From positions 1-64,000 of the forward strand of contig CAWGIE010000019.1 of NCBI GenBank assembly GCA_963822585.1: DNA of 64,000 nt, in the 5' to 3' direction. The stretch comes from an uncultured bacterium. Its GTDB lineage: Bacteria > Auribacterota > Erginobacteria > Erginobacterales > Erginobacteraceae. The notes beneath the pieces were generated by a model. That model was not told where the DNA came from. It saw nothing but the letters and a program-made list of their open reading frames with translations, and ran no database searches. Within the stretch, counting starts at the first letter, position 1. The number at the start of each line of letters is the position of its first letter. Position numbers and translations under genes: made by a program. Positions 29,742 through 40,001 of the stretch are shown in pieces.

Positions 29742-30991
29742 AGCGTCTGATTGTTTATCTGCATGACACAAGGGTCGGCTCTCTCGAACAAGACGAGAGC
29801 GGCCTGATGCAGTTCCGCTACGATGAGACGTGGCTCAACCGGCCGGCCGCGATACCTCTTTCCCGGTCGCTGCCTCTCCAACCGGAGGTATTCCAGGGGA
29901 AAAAAACCAGACCCTTCTTCGCCGGAATTCTGCCCGATGAAGATCCCCGGAAAAAGATAGCCGCGATCCTGGGAATCAGCGAGCGCAATGATTTTGCCCT
30001 GCTGGAGCGAATCGGAGGAGAGTGCGCAGGAGCCGTGAGTCTGCTTCCGGAAGGTACCGCGCCGCCACGGCCAGAGGATATCCGGCTGCGCGAATTGAGC
30101 GAAATCGAACTAAAGGACGTGGTAGCCGAGCTTCCCCGTCGGCCCCTGATGGCCGGAATGGAGGGAGTCCGGCTGTCCCTGGCCGGCGCTCAGGATAAAT
30201 TGCCTGTCGTCGTTCATGGCTCCAAAATAAGCCTGCCTCTCGATAATACGCCGAGTTCGCACATCCTGAAACCGGAACCTGACCGTTTTCCCGGACTGGC
30301 CGCCAATGAAATCTTGTGCATGAAATTGGCAGGCGCCGTTGGACTTAACGTACCATCCGTCGAGTATCGTCTCGTCGGCGAGAAAGCATGTATCCTTGTT
30401 CAAAGGTATGACCGGCTGATCAATCGGGACGGCACTACCACACAACTGCACCAGGAGGACTTCTGTCAGGCACTCGGCTTTCCACCGGAGCGAAAGTACC
30501 AGGAAGAGGGCGGCCCGCTGCTGCGGGACTGTATTTCACTATTACGCGAATGGTCCACCGCGCCGGTTGTGGACATTCGCGACTTTATCGATGGTTTGAT
30601 CTTCAATGTGCTGATCGGGAATGCCGACGCGCACGGGAAAAATTACTCGATCCTGTACCGCAGCGGCGAACGCCGGCTGGCGCCGTTCTATGACCTTGTC
30701 TGCACACTTGCCTGGCCGGAACTCTCGAAACATCTGGCGATGAAAATCGGCGGCGCGAAATCACTCGATACGCTCACTGTCGATAACTGGCGGAAAATGG
30801 CGCAAGAGACCCGCCTTGGTTGGCCAATGATACGGGAGAGAATAAACGAGATCTGCCAAATGATTCCGGACAAACTTGACGCCATGGGAATGTCGATCCC
30901 GGACGATATGGCGGAGAAGACTGAGCACCTCCCGAGAATCATAGCAGGCCGGGCATCGAGTATGCTGGAATATATCTCCGGACAAGGGTGA
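29738..30991 (+). CDS. hipA: HipA kinase toxin
   Basis: SLAGAQDK, HQEDFCQ, GNADAHGKNYS, LAPFYD. Confidence 0.95.
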   Translation: MKRLIVYLHDTRVGSLEQDESGLMQFRYDETWLNRPAAIPLSRSLPLQPEVFQGKKTRPFFAGILPDEDPRKKIAAILGISERNDFALLERIGGECAGAVSLLPEGTAPPRPEDIRLRELSEIELKDVVAELPRRPLMAGMEGVRLSLAGAQDKLPVVVHGSKISLPLDNTPSSHILKPEPDRFPGLAANEILCMKLAGAVGLNVPSVEYRLVGEKACILVQRYDRLINRDGTTTQLHQEDFCQALGFPPERKYQEEGGPLLRDCISLLREWSTAPVVDIRDFIDGLIFNVLIGNADAHGKNYSILYRSGERRLAPFYDLVCTLAWPELSKHLAMKIGGAKSLDTLTVDNWRKMAQETRLGWPMIRERINEICQMIPDKLDAMGMSIPDDMAEKTEHLPRIIAGRASSMLEYISGQG

Positions 30992-31802
30992 AGCTAGTTA
31001 ATCACTTTCTCGCTTTCGCGCGTTGAAAATCCGGCGGAACCGACGGGAAAGCGAGAAAGTGGATTCAACTCGATGTTAGGCTTTTAAAATCAGACCATCC
31101 GGTTAGTAATAGAAAACTTTTCTAATCCACGCTTTTTTCGTAGTTCCAGCTAAGGAATCATTGGTTGTCTAATGATATAACCCCACTTCCATTTTACTCC
31201 GGAGTGATTTAGGGGGCGGTAAGTATTATTGAATGAAAAATATTTTTAAACAATCAGTCAATCTCCTTATCTCCAACCCAGGTTTTGTTGTTGTTTGGCT
31301 GCTTATTAATGTATTCCTAATCCAGTTACCCAAAATAATATCAACAGATCAAGTTCTGTGGGCAGGACCTATCCTGACCGGACCAATCACTTTTATTATT
31401 ATTATATTTGGCATTTATTTAACAGTCGGTCTAATAAGAGTAATTTCAGACGTAATTCAAGGAGATAGCTGGATAATTTCAGACGTCCTGAAAAAAGGTC
31501 GAGGGTGTTTTCTCCCTTATATTATAGTTTTTATTCTTAGTTCTATTACGACCATGATCATCCAATGGCCCGTCAATTTCTTTGCCATTATCCTCTTATC
31601 TCATCACCATCCTTTAGTTGAAATAAGTACTGAGTTATTGATAAGCAGTCTTTTCAATTCTATTAGATTCCTATTATCCGTTTATGTCTTTGCCTTTATG
31701 CTCGTATATAAAATTTTTTCATTTCAAACTGGTTTGGCAGGTATCCAGAGAATTCTGAAGAATTACAAACAATGTCTGGTTTTTATTCTCGTGTTACTAA
31801 TT

Positions 31803-33144
31803 GGTTCCTCGCTATTTTCAGTGGCCCAAGAGTTCGGTATAAGGCATCATCTTATGCATGAAGACACCAGAAAAGTTGTTCAGTGAGTTGTTGGGTTTGG
31901 GCCCGGCGTGGGCAGTTGAGGATGCGACATTCAAGGCCGAGAATAATATCGTAGAATTGCGCGTTAAAGAGACGCCTGAACTTTGGAAGATAGAACGCTG
32001 CCCTCACGATGGAAGCGATGGCGTGACCTGCCATGATCACATACGAGGGCTTCGGTGGCGACATTTGAATGTGTTCAACAAGGAAGTTGAAATCGTCTGT
32101 GATCTGCCAAGAGGGAAGTGTCCAAAGTGCGGAAAAGTATGGCGGGTGACCCCACCTTGGGAAGGACGGGCGAAGCATTTTACGAAAGAGTTCGAAGCCT
32201 TCGCCCTGACCTTGATGCGGGAGATGCCGGTTAAAAAGGCCGCGGAGATTCTTGGCGAGCAAGACACCAGGATGTGGCGGGTTGTGAGTGCCTATGTGGA
32301 AGAGGCGTACAAGAGAGTGGATATGTCGGATGTTGTTTCCGTCGGGGTTGATGAGATGTCTCGATCGAAGGGGCATCGCTACCTGACGGTGTTTGCCGAT
32401 TTGGTGCTCAAGCGAGTGCTGTTTGCCACCCCAGGTAAAGACAGCGAGACGTGGGCGGAGTTTACCAATGCGTTGGAGGACCATAAGGGGAAAGCGGAAT
32501 CGCTTACGAGCGTATCTATGGATATGAGCAAGGCCTATGCGAAGGGAGTGCGCGAGAACTGCAGCAATGCCCGGATAGTCTACGACAAGTTTCACGTGAT
32601 TGCCCATGCCAACAAAGCGGTGGATCTTGTCCGCCAGAGCGAATCCCAGAGTGGGCGCCCGATAGTCCGGGAGACATTGGCCAAGAGTCGTTGGATCTGG
32701 CTGAAGAACCCGGAAAATCTGACCAAGAAACAGAAAGCCCGGTTGAAGCGGATTGATCAGGATATGCTGCTGACCGGAAGAGCATACCAGATGCGGCTGG
32801 CGCTGCAGGAGATTTACCGGCTCGGTTCTGTCACTGAGGCGGCCAAGCGATTTGGAGAATGGTGCCGCTGGGTTCAACGAGAAGCTCGCAAAACCAGCCG
32901 ATGGCTTCTTTACCATATGTCCCAGGTTGCCGATATGATCGAATCCCACATCGCAGGAATCCTGGCACACTGGAATCAGGGTGTGACCAATGCTTTTATG
33001 GAAGGGATTAATAGTGTTTTCTCCGCTGTTCGACGCAAGGCTCGTGGGTATCGAAGCTCCCGGAATATGATTACTATGCTCTACTTTGTCGCCGGCAAAC
33101 TTCCTTCACCTGCTGAACTCAGCCACTGAAAATAGCGAGGAACC
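31803..33144 (+). mobile_element. ISL3-family insertion sequence, 1342 bp
   Basis: Perfect 23-bp TIR GGTTCCTCGCTATTTTCAGTGGC; 8-bp target duplication TACTAATT at 31795-31802 and 33145-33152. Confidence 0.95.
31858..33129 (+). CDS. ISL3 transposase
   Basis: Zn finger, GVDE, SMDM, DKFHV, TNAFMEGIN...ARGYR. Confidence 0.95.
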   Translation: MKTPEKLFSELLGLGPAWAVEDATFKAENNIVELRVKETPELWKIERCPHDGSDGVTCHDHIRGLRWRHLNVFNKEVEIVCDLPRGKCPKCGKVWRVTPPWEGRAKHFTKEFEAFALTLMREMPVKKAAEILGEQDTRMWRVVSAYVEEAYKRVDMSDVVSVGVDEMSRSKGHRYLTVFADLVLKRVLFATPGKDSETWAEFTNALEDHKGKAESLTSVSMDMSKAYAKGVRENCSNARIVYDKFHVIAHANKAVDLVRQSESQSGRPIVRETLAKSRWIWLKNPENLTKKQKARLKRIDQDMLLTGRAYQMRLALQEIYRLGSVTEAAKRFGEWCRWVQREARKTSRWLLYHMSQVADMIESHIAGILAHWNQGVTNAFMEGINSVFSAVRRKARGYRSSRNMITMLYFVAGKLPSPAELSH

Positions 33145-33505
33145 TACTAATTCCACAGTTAATCATTAATGCTTTATCAATGGGATTAAGCCTCATTGGC
33201 GCACCATTCAGTAAAGCGCTCCTCCTGATTATAAATATTATAGGATTAGGGACTATAAACATTTTTGTCATCACTGCCGTTTTATTTTCCATATTTATAT
33301 ATATAAATAATGGCACTGCCAACTCAATCAATTCTAAGTAGAGGACTCGATCCACCATCAAATATCGACCTCGGAAATAGAGAAAAGGGGGCGAGGTAAG
33401 ATTGGGATATTGTTGGAGTGGACTAAGCTATACTTAATAATAAACCACGGTAAAATAATTCCGGGGACACGATACTAAATATAAATTAACCGGGCCACCG
33501 CAAAC

Positions 33506-33655
33506 GCACAGACAGGAATGTCTGTGTTACTCTGGCTCGCGGCAGAGGGCTGCACAGACAGGAATGTCTGTGTTACTCTGGCTCGCGGCAGAGGGCTGCA
33601 CAGACAGGAATGTCTGTGTCACTCTGGCTGCACAGACAGGAATGTCTGTGTTACT
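33506..33655. repeat. Four CACAGACAGGAATGTCTGTG hairpin repeats; a single copy also at ~26557
   Basis: Palindrome CACAGAC-AGGAAT-GTCTGTG. Confidence 0.92.
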
Positions 33656-33709
33656 GATTCGACCGGCGTTATTTAACTTGATGTCAGGCTTACAGAGAAA
33701 AGAAACAGA

Positions 33710-34276
33710 ATGAAACCATTTTCAATCATACTGTTGTCAATCTCTGCCATGGTACTTACTGCAGGTTGTTCAAGCGTCAGAATCAAGCAGCCTCTGTCCG
33801 GCGTCCCGAAACCGATCGACCGGGAGGAGTTTGAAGGCGCATGGTTTACCGGTGATACCGTGGTCCATGTAAAATTCGACAGAAATGGCGTAGCCCAGAT
33901 TGCCGGAGTGGACTGGAAGGACAATCAATTCCAGATTGTTCATGCCGAAATGATTGTGACGGAGGGGGACAAACACAATTTTTTGTCCTTTCGAGTACAG
34001 GAAGACGGTAAATGGATGGATGGTTACCTGTTAGCTGCGTATAAGTTTTCGGAGCAAGGCGACCTGATTCTCTGGGCGCCCCGTGTCGAGACATTCGAGG
34101 AAGCGATCGAAAAGAAGCAACTCAACGGAGAAGTGAAGGAGCAGCAGTACAGCACCGACATAACGATAACGGATCCGCCCGAGAAGCTTCTTGAGTTCAT
34201 TAATGATCCCGACGATCTGAAAATATTTGACTATCGAGAACCGATGATCCTGCACAAGGTTCCGGGAAATAAATAA
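33710..34276 (+). CDS. Hypothetical lipoprotein
   Basis: LTAGC lipobox; follows an attC right-arm remnant TTTAACTTGATGTCAGGC. Confidence 0.78.
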   Translation: MKPFSIILLSISAMVLTAGCSSVRIKQPLSGVPKPIDREEFEGAWFTGDTVVHVKFDRNGVAQIAGVDWKDNQFQIVHAEMIVTEGDKHNFLSFRVQEDGKWMDGYLLAAYKFSEQGDLILWAPRVETFEEAIEKKQLNGEVKEQQYSTDITITDPPEKLLEFINDPDDLKIFDYREPMILHKVPGNK

Positions 34277-34350
34277 GCCAAATAATTCCGATTCCAGGGA
34301 CAGATGCTGGTGGCGTAATACTTAATACGAATCGCCCGGACCCGGCAAAC

Positions 34351-34768
34351 GCACAGACAGGAATGTCTGTGCTACTCTGGGCTGCACAGACAGGAATGTC
34401 TGTGTCACTCTGGCTGCACACAGACAGGAATGTCTGTGCTACTCTGGGCCGCACAGACAGGAATGTCTGTGTTACCTTGGCTCCACAGACAGGAATGTCT
34501 TTGTTACCTTGGCGGCACAGACAGGAATGTCTGTGTTACCTTGGCTCCACAGACAGGAATGTCTGTGTCACCTTGGACTCGCAGACAGGAATGTCTGTGT
34601 TACCTTGGCGGCACAGACAGGAATGTCTGTGTCACCTTGGACTCGCAGACAGGAATGTCTGTGTTACCTTGGCGGCACAGACAGGAATGTCTGTGTTACC
34701 TTGGCTCCACAGACAGGAATGTCTGTGTTACCTTGGCGGCACAGACGGGAATGTCTGTGTTACTCTGG
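34351..34768. repeat. Tandem array of 13 REP-like hairpins with ~32-bp period
   Basis: CAGACAGGAATGTCTGTG counted 13 times (two with single substitutions), with short near-identical linkers. Confidence 0.93.
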
Positions 34769-34800
34769 CGGGCGGGAAGTAACCTCCCGTAGCGGTTGAA

Positions 34801-35232
34801 ATGGCGAAGGCGCGCTGCGATATGGATATCAAATCAATTATTCGACAGCTGTTCGACCGGGTTTTGAACGAAGGCGACCTGGATTTTCTGGATCAGATCA
34901 TTTCCGACGACTATGTCGATCACAACCCTCTGCCGGGTGTCCCGCCCGGCCGGGAAGGGGTTCGGATCAAAATAAAAGCGTTACGCCGGGCGTTCCCCGA
35001 TATACAATTCATCCTGGAAGATGTAATCTCTGACGGCGCAATCGCCGCCGCCCGCTATCGCTGGCAGGGGACCCAGAAAGAAGAATTCGCCGGGATCGCC
35101 CCCACCAGGAAAACGGTCGAGGTGGGCGGGATGGATTTCTATCGCGTGGAAAAGGAAAAGATCAGCGAACACTGGCATACCATCGATGAACTCGGATTGC
35201 TTCGACAGCTTGGTGCGATCACCGTTAAATAA
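34801..35232 (+). CDS. SnoaL-like ester cyclase
   Basis: DYVDH, RAFPD, GIAPT, KISEHW..D.LGLL.QLG. Confidence 0.9.
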   Translation: MAKARCDMDIKSIIRQLFDRVLNEGDLDFLDQIISDDYVDHNPLPGVPPGREGVRIKIKALRRAFPDIQFILEDVISDGAIAAARYRWQGTQKEEFAGIAPTRKTVEVGGMDFYRVEKEKISEHWHTIDELGLLRQLGAITVK

Positions 35233-35343
35233 CGGACACTCTTCCCGGGAGTCGGCCGCGGAGGTACTGATGTGCTTCCCGGCGGCGGCCGATAACGGCC
35301 CGGGAAAACTTTTCAGGGGCTATTACCCCTTAAGGAGGAGACG

Positions 35344-36081
35344 ATGAAGCAGAGAAGACAAGCCGGTTTATACCGGGACCTCCTGGTCCCGGCCGCGGTC
35401 CTGATCTTTTTTCTCTTCGCCGCGATCAACGCCTACGCGGTATCACCCGAGGAGGCACTGGTTAAGCTTCAGGAAGGGAACAAACGGTACGTGGCCGGGA
35501 AGGCTGTTCACCCAAATCAAACTCAGGCCCTGCGAAAAGCGTCTGCCGGCGGACAACAACCGTTCGCTTCCATCCTGTCCTGTTCGGATTCGCGGGCGCC
35601 GGTGGAACTCATCTTCGACCAGGGGATCGGGGACGTTTTCGTCATCCGGGTGGCCGGCAACGTGATCGATACCATGGAGATCGGCACCCTGGAGTACGGG
35701 GTGGCCCATTTGGCCACGCCGCTGATCGTGGTTTTAGGACACACGCACTGCGGGGCCGTATCGGCCGCGGTCAATAACTACGCGGTTGAGGGAAGCATCG
35801 TTCCCCTGGTGGAGAAGATACAGCCCGCCGTTTACCGGGCGAAAAAGACCGACCCCGCTCTGGCCGGTTCCGGGCTGGTGACGAAAGCGACCGAGGAGAA
35901 CGTCTGGCAATCGATCAAGGACCTGCTCTCCCGCAGCCCGATCGTCCGCGAGCGGATGAAGGCCGGGAAACTGCAGGTTATCGGCGCCATATACGATATC
36001 GAGACCGGCGCGATAAAATGGCTGGGTCCCTACCCGGAACAAGCCCAGCTTTTGTCTCCATCCCTGAAAAAACTGGAATAG
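35344..36081 (+). CDS. Exported beta-class carbonic anhydrase
   Basis: CSDSR, RVAGN, LGHTHCGA; signal peptide. Confidence 0.93.
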   Translation: MKQRRQAGLYRDLLVPAAVLIFFLFAAINAYAVSPEEALVKLQEGNKRYVAGKAVHPNQTQALRKASAGGQQPFASILSCSDSRAPVELIFDQGIGDVFVIRVAGNVIDTMEIGTLEYGVAHLATPLIVVLGHTHCGAVSAAVNNYAVEGSIVPLVEKIQPAVYRAKKTDPALAGSGLVTKATEENVWQSIKDLLSRSPIVRERMKAGKLQVIGAIYDIETGAIKWLGPYPEQAQLLSPSLKKLE

Positions 36082-36360
36082 TTTTAACCCGATTTATTCA
36101 TAAATCGGGTTAGTTTTGAACAACGACAAAGCAGAAACTTGTCGTAGTGAAATATGGTTTCGATCATATCATATTCTTTGGCAAGCACTTGTCGACAAAC
36201 ATCTGTCATCGATCGCGTTATCGCCGGCAGGCGGAAATCGGTGGCCTATCGGCTGAGATAAAACAGTCTGCTGTTGCCGTATTGATATGTTTGCTATGCG
36301 TAATATGTTGAACGATAATCAATAATCCGGGTCAATAGGGTCATCGCAAGGAGGTGCGGT

Positions 36361-37257
36361 ATGCCTGTTTTGGTGGCGCTGATCATAGTGGCGGTTTTTA
36401 TTTTCCTCCTGGGAATCAGGATCGTGCGACCGACGCATCGCGGACTGGTCGAGCGGATGGGCCGGTACCACCGGTTCGCGCGCTCGGGATTTAACTGGAT
36501 CATCCCGGGTATCGACAGGTTGTTCCAGATCAATATCACGGAACAGATGGTGGACGCCAAGCCGCAGGAGATCATCACCAACGACAACCTGAATGCGAAA
36601 GTGGACGCCCAGGTGTATTTCAAGGTCAAGGACGACGAGGAGAACGTCAAAAACTCGCAGTACAAGGTGAACAACTACAGCTACCAGATCGTGAACCTGG
36701 CCAGGACCACGCTCCGGAACATCATCGGCACCCTCACCCTCAAATCCGCCAACAGCGAGCGGGGGAAGATCAACGACGAGCTGAACAAGACCCTCCGGTC
36801 TGAAACGGCCCACTGGGGGATAGAGATCGTGAGGACGGAATTGAAGGAGATCGACCCTCCCAAGGACGTTCAGGAGACCATGAACAAGGTGGTGAAGGCG
36901 GAGAACGAGAAGATCGCGGCCATCGATTTCGCGACCGCCACCGAAACGACGGCGGACGGCGAGAGACGGGCCCAGATCAAAAAGGCGGAAGGGCTGAAGC
37001 GGTCCAAGATCCTGACCGCCGAGGGCGAAGCGGAAGCCATCCGGCTGGTGAACGAGGCCGCGGAGAAATACTTCGTCGGCAACGCCCAGCTGCTCCGGAA
37101 ACTGGAGGCGATGGAGCGGGCGCTGGAGAAAAATACCAAGATCGTGGTCCCGACCGGGTCGGAACTCGTCAACGTCATCGGCGAGATGGGCGGCGTCCTG
37201 CCCTTCCCGAAAGAGAAGGCTTTGCCGCCGAGTCATCCTTCCGGCCACCAGCGGTAA
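36361..37257 (+). CDS. SPFH/band 7 membrane protein
   Basis: N-terminal TM, QEIIT.DN, TTLRNIIG, coiled coil. Confidence 0.92.
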   Translation: MPVLVALIIVAVFIFLLGIRIVRPTHRGLVERMGRYHRFARSGFNWIIPGIDRLFQINITEQMVDAKPQEIITNDNLNAKVDAQVYFKVKDDEENVKNSQYKVNNYSYQIVNLARTTLRNIIGTLTLKSANSERGKINDELNKTLRSETAHWGIEIVRTELKEIDPPKDVQETMNKVVKAENEKIAAIDFATATETTADGERRAQIKKAEGLKRSKILTAEGEAEAIRLVNEAAEKYFVGNAQLLRKLEAMERALEKNTKIVVPTGSELVNVIGEMGGVLPFPKEKALPPSHPSGHQR

Positions 37258-37348
37258 TGCGCGCCGGCAACAATAAATCGTAGGGAGGAAAGATAAAAGA
37301 TTATCACAAGATAAAAAGTTCCCAGGATTGAGGTTAGCCGGGGAAACA

Positions 37349-37540
37349 CCCTCCCCCTAACCCCCTCCCATCAAGGGAGGGGGGATAACAGCAGGGGCGG
37401 CTCCCCCAAGGAAGGAAGAATACCAGCGGGGGCGATTCCTCCAGGAAAGGGGAATACGGCCGGGGCGGCCCCCTGGTACCCCTCCCCCCTTGATGGGGCG
37501 TACAACCCTGAGCCTGCCGAAGGGGGGAGGGGGGTGGTCA
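37349..37540. repeat. CCCTCCCCCTAACCCCCTCCC-type REP-like hairpins
   Basis: Inverted C-rich/G-rich arms in an intergenic region. Confidence 0.55.
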
Positions 37541-37628
37541 CCAAACTTCCTGATGAGGCAGGAATGGTAATATCTATTTTACCCACACAAATACGGAAGA
37601 GAACCAGTTGAGAAATTGGAGGAAGAGA

Positions 37629-37838
37629 ATGAAACTAAGCGCGCGCAATGTGCTGAAGGGAACCATCAAGACGGTGGAAATCGGGGCCGTTAACGTGGAA
37701 GTAACGGTCGAGGTCGCCCCCGGCCTGGAAATGACCTCGATCATCACCAAAAAATCATGCGAAAATCTCGGGCTCGCGGTGGGAAAACCGGCCTACGCGG
37801 TCATCAAGGCGTCGAACGTGATGATCGGGGTCGACTGA
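37629..37838 (+). CDS. mop: Molbindin (Mop/TOBE domain)
   Basis: MKLSARN.LKG...SIIT...IKAS.V. Confidence 0.92.
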   Translation: MKLSARNVLKGTIKTVEIGAVNVEVTVEVAPGLEMTSIITKKSCENLGLAVGKPAYAVIKASNVMIGVD

Positions 37839-37908
37839 AAACAGATCCCTCTAAAAATCCTCAACCCTATCCGCCTCTTTTCCCGGGGCGGCCCGGAGAG
37901 CAGTGCCC

Positions 37909-38394
37909 ATGAACCGACGGGCTTCCGAACTGATCGAACTCCTCGGCCTGGAACCCCACCCGGAGGGAGGATACTATCGTGAGTTCTTCCGTTCCCCCCG
38001 TCCCGTCCGTCTTCCGGATAAGAGGGAGGAGCGCCGGGCTCTAACCACCATATACTTTTTACTGGCGGCGGACGAACACAGCTCCTGGCACAGGATCGAT
38101 AGCGATGAAGTATGGCATTACTATGAGGGGGCGCCCCTGGAACTGTTGCTGATCGACCCGGAGGCCCGGGAGTGCGGCCGTCATCTGCTGGGAAAAGCCG
38201 GGGAGGAAAGCCGGCCGGTGGCGGTGGTTCCGGGCGGCTACTGGCAGGCGGCGCGGACCACTGGAGAGTACACGCTGGTCGGCTGCACGGTGGCGCCCGG
38301 TTTCGAATTCGGCTCTTTCCGTCTGCTGAGAGAGCGCGCGGAGGAAGCAAGCGAGATCCGGCGCCGGTTCCCCGAATTGACGGAGCTTATGTAA
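37909..38394 (+). CDS. Cupin_5 (DUF985) protein
   Basis: LEPHPEGGYY, WH.YEG, GCTVAPGF. Confidence 0.92.
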   Translation: MNRRASELIELLGLEPHPEGGYYREFFRSPRPVRLPDKREERRALTTIYFLLAADEHSSWHRIDSDEVWHYYEGAPLELLLIDPEARECGRHLLGKAGEESRPVAVVPGGYWQAARTTGEYTLVGCTVAPGFEFGSFRLLRERAEEASEIRRRFPELTELM

Positions 38395-38508
38395 TCGAGG
38401 CGGAAGGGCGGTTCGGACAATGAATTATTCGATGCCCCCTCCCGGATTCTCCCCCAACGGTGATCCGCGGTTTTCCGCGCCTGCTCAGCCGAAGGATTAC
38501 AGCCAGCT

Positions 38509-39872
38509 TTGATCATGACGATATCCGCCGAAAGAACAACGCCGGTGCCCCCCGGGGAAGAAAAGATCCCGGGGTGGTCCATGAACTTCCGCCTGCTCTT
38601 CCGGTCCCTGCGGCACCGGAACTACCGGCTCTTTTTCATGGGCCAGAGCATCTCGCTGATCGGCACCTGGATGCAGATGACGGCGGTCGCCTGGCTGGTC
38701 TGGCGGTTGAGCCACAGCGCCTTCCTCCTCGGCTTCGTCGGGTTCTCCACCCGGATACCGGCCTTCGTGCTGGCGCCCTTTGCCGGCGTGCTCATCGACC
38801 GCGTCAACCGGCACCGCCTCGTCATCCTGACGCAGGTACTGGCGATGGTCCAGGCCCTGATGCTGGCGGCCCTGATGTATTCGGGGCGGATCGAGATCTG
38901 GCACATCGTCGTCCTCTCGCTCATGCTCGGGGTCATCAACGCGCTGGGCATGCCCGCCCGGCAGGCGTTCATCGTCCAGATGCTCGGCCGGCGCGAGGAC
39001 CTGAACAACGCCATCGCCCTCAACTCCTCGATGGTCAACGGCGCCCGGCTGATCGGCCCCGCGATCGCCGGCATTTTGATCGCGGCCGTCGGCGAATCGG
39101 TCTGCTTCCTTCTCAACGGACTCAGCTACCTGGCCGTCGTCGCCAGCCTGCTGATGATGCGCGTCCCCCCCACGCCCGGGCCCGGGCGCAGACCGCGGTC
39201 ATCGAACACCTCAAGGAAGGGTTCCGCTACGCTTTCGGCTTTCCGCCCATCCGCTCCCTGCTTCTCCTGCTGGCGCTGGTCAGTCTGACCGGGGCTTACT
39301 ACACCCAGCTGTTGCCGATCTTCGCCCAGAAGGTCCTGCACGGCGACGCCCGCACACAGGGTTTCCTCCTCTCCGCCGCCGCCGTCGGCGCCTTGGCCGG
39401 GGCGCTCTACCTGGCCGGGCGGCGCAGCGTCCGCGGCCTGGGGCGGGTGATCGCCTGGGCGCCTGCCGTCTTCGGCGTCGGACTGATTGCGCTCGGGCTG
39501 TCGCGGTGGCTGTGGCTCTCGCTGGCGGCGATGCCCGTGGTCGGGCTCGGGTTCATGGTGCAGATGGCCTCCACCAATACCGTACTGCAGACGATCGTCG
39601 AAGACGACAAACGGGGGCGGGTGATGAGTTTCTACTCGATGGCGTTTATGGGGATGGTGCCCCTGGGCAGCCTGACGGCGGGGGTGCTCGCCCACTTCAT
39701 CGGCGCTCCGCTGACGGTGCTCCTGGGCGGGATCTGCTGTATCGGGGGCGCGATCGCGTTCGCCCGCCGGCTTCCCGCCATCCGCGCGCTCGTCCGCCCG
39801 ATCTACGTCCGCCAGGGAATTATCCGGGAAGTCGCCACCGGCCTGCAGTCGGTCAGCGGGAACATGGGTTAA
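38509..39872 (+). CDS. MFS transporter, frameshifted near C-run 39165-39171
   Basis: RNYRLFF.GQ.IS..GTWMQ N-half and RGRVMS.Y C-half in adjacent frames. Confidence 0.85.
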
Positions 39873-40001
39873 CCGGAAAGATAATTCCACCATGATTGAT
39901 TCGCCATCCCGATCCCTTGAAAGCATGACCTTCATGTTCTTCATGTCCTTCATGGTGAATAAGAGATTCCGGGTACCCGGGCAGGCGGGGAAACAGTCCC
40001 T

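Larger units (their letters stand above)
31233..33341 (+). pseudogene. Membrane protein cassette gene split by ISL3
   Basis: Frame rejoins LVLLI|PQLIINAL after removing the IS; stop at 33339-33341. Confidence 0.8.
10240..35232 (+). mobile_element. Integron-type gene cassette array without an integrase in the window (CALIN-like)
   Basis: About 25 co-oriented ORFs. Matched reverse-complementary ends: GTTCGGC 10259/GCCGAAC 13590, GATATG 16323/CATATC 16767, GATAGGCGA 16889/TCGCCTATC 17662, GTTAGCTTT 17787/AAAGCTAAC 18410, GTTCGCCAG 21135/CTGGCGAAC 21818, GTTAGGA 27265/TCCTAAC 27931. Right boundary approximate. Confidence 0.85.

Noticed and set aside
34351..34768. CRISPR array
   Set aside because: Linkers are only ~12 bp and nearly identical, not unique 30-40 bp spacers; no cas genes. 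The ORFs called over it are repeat artefacts.
35241..35308. Riboswitch upstream of carbonic anhydrase
   Set aside because: A long GC hairpin is present, but I recognise no riboswitch consensus; it may be a decayed attC or a terminator.
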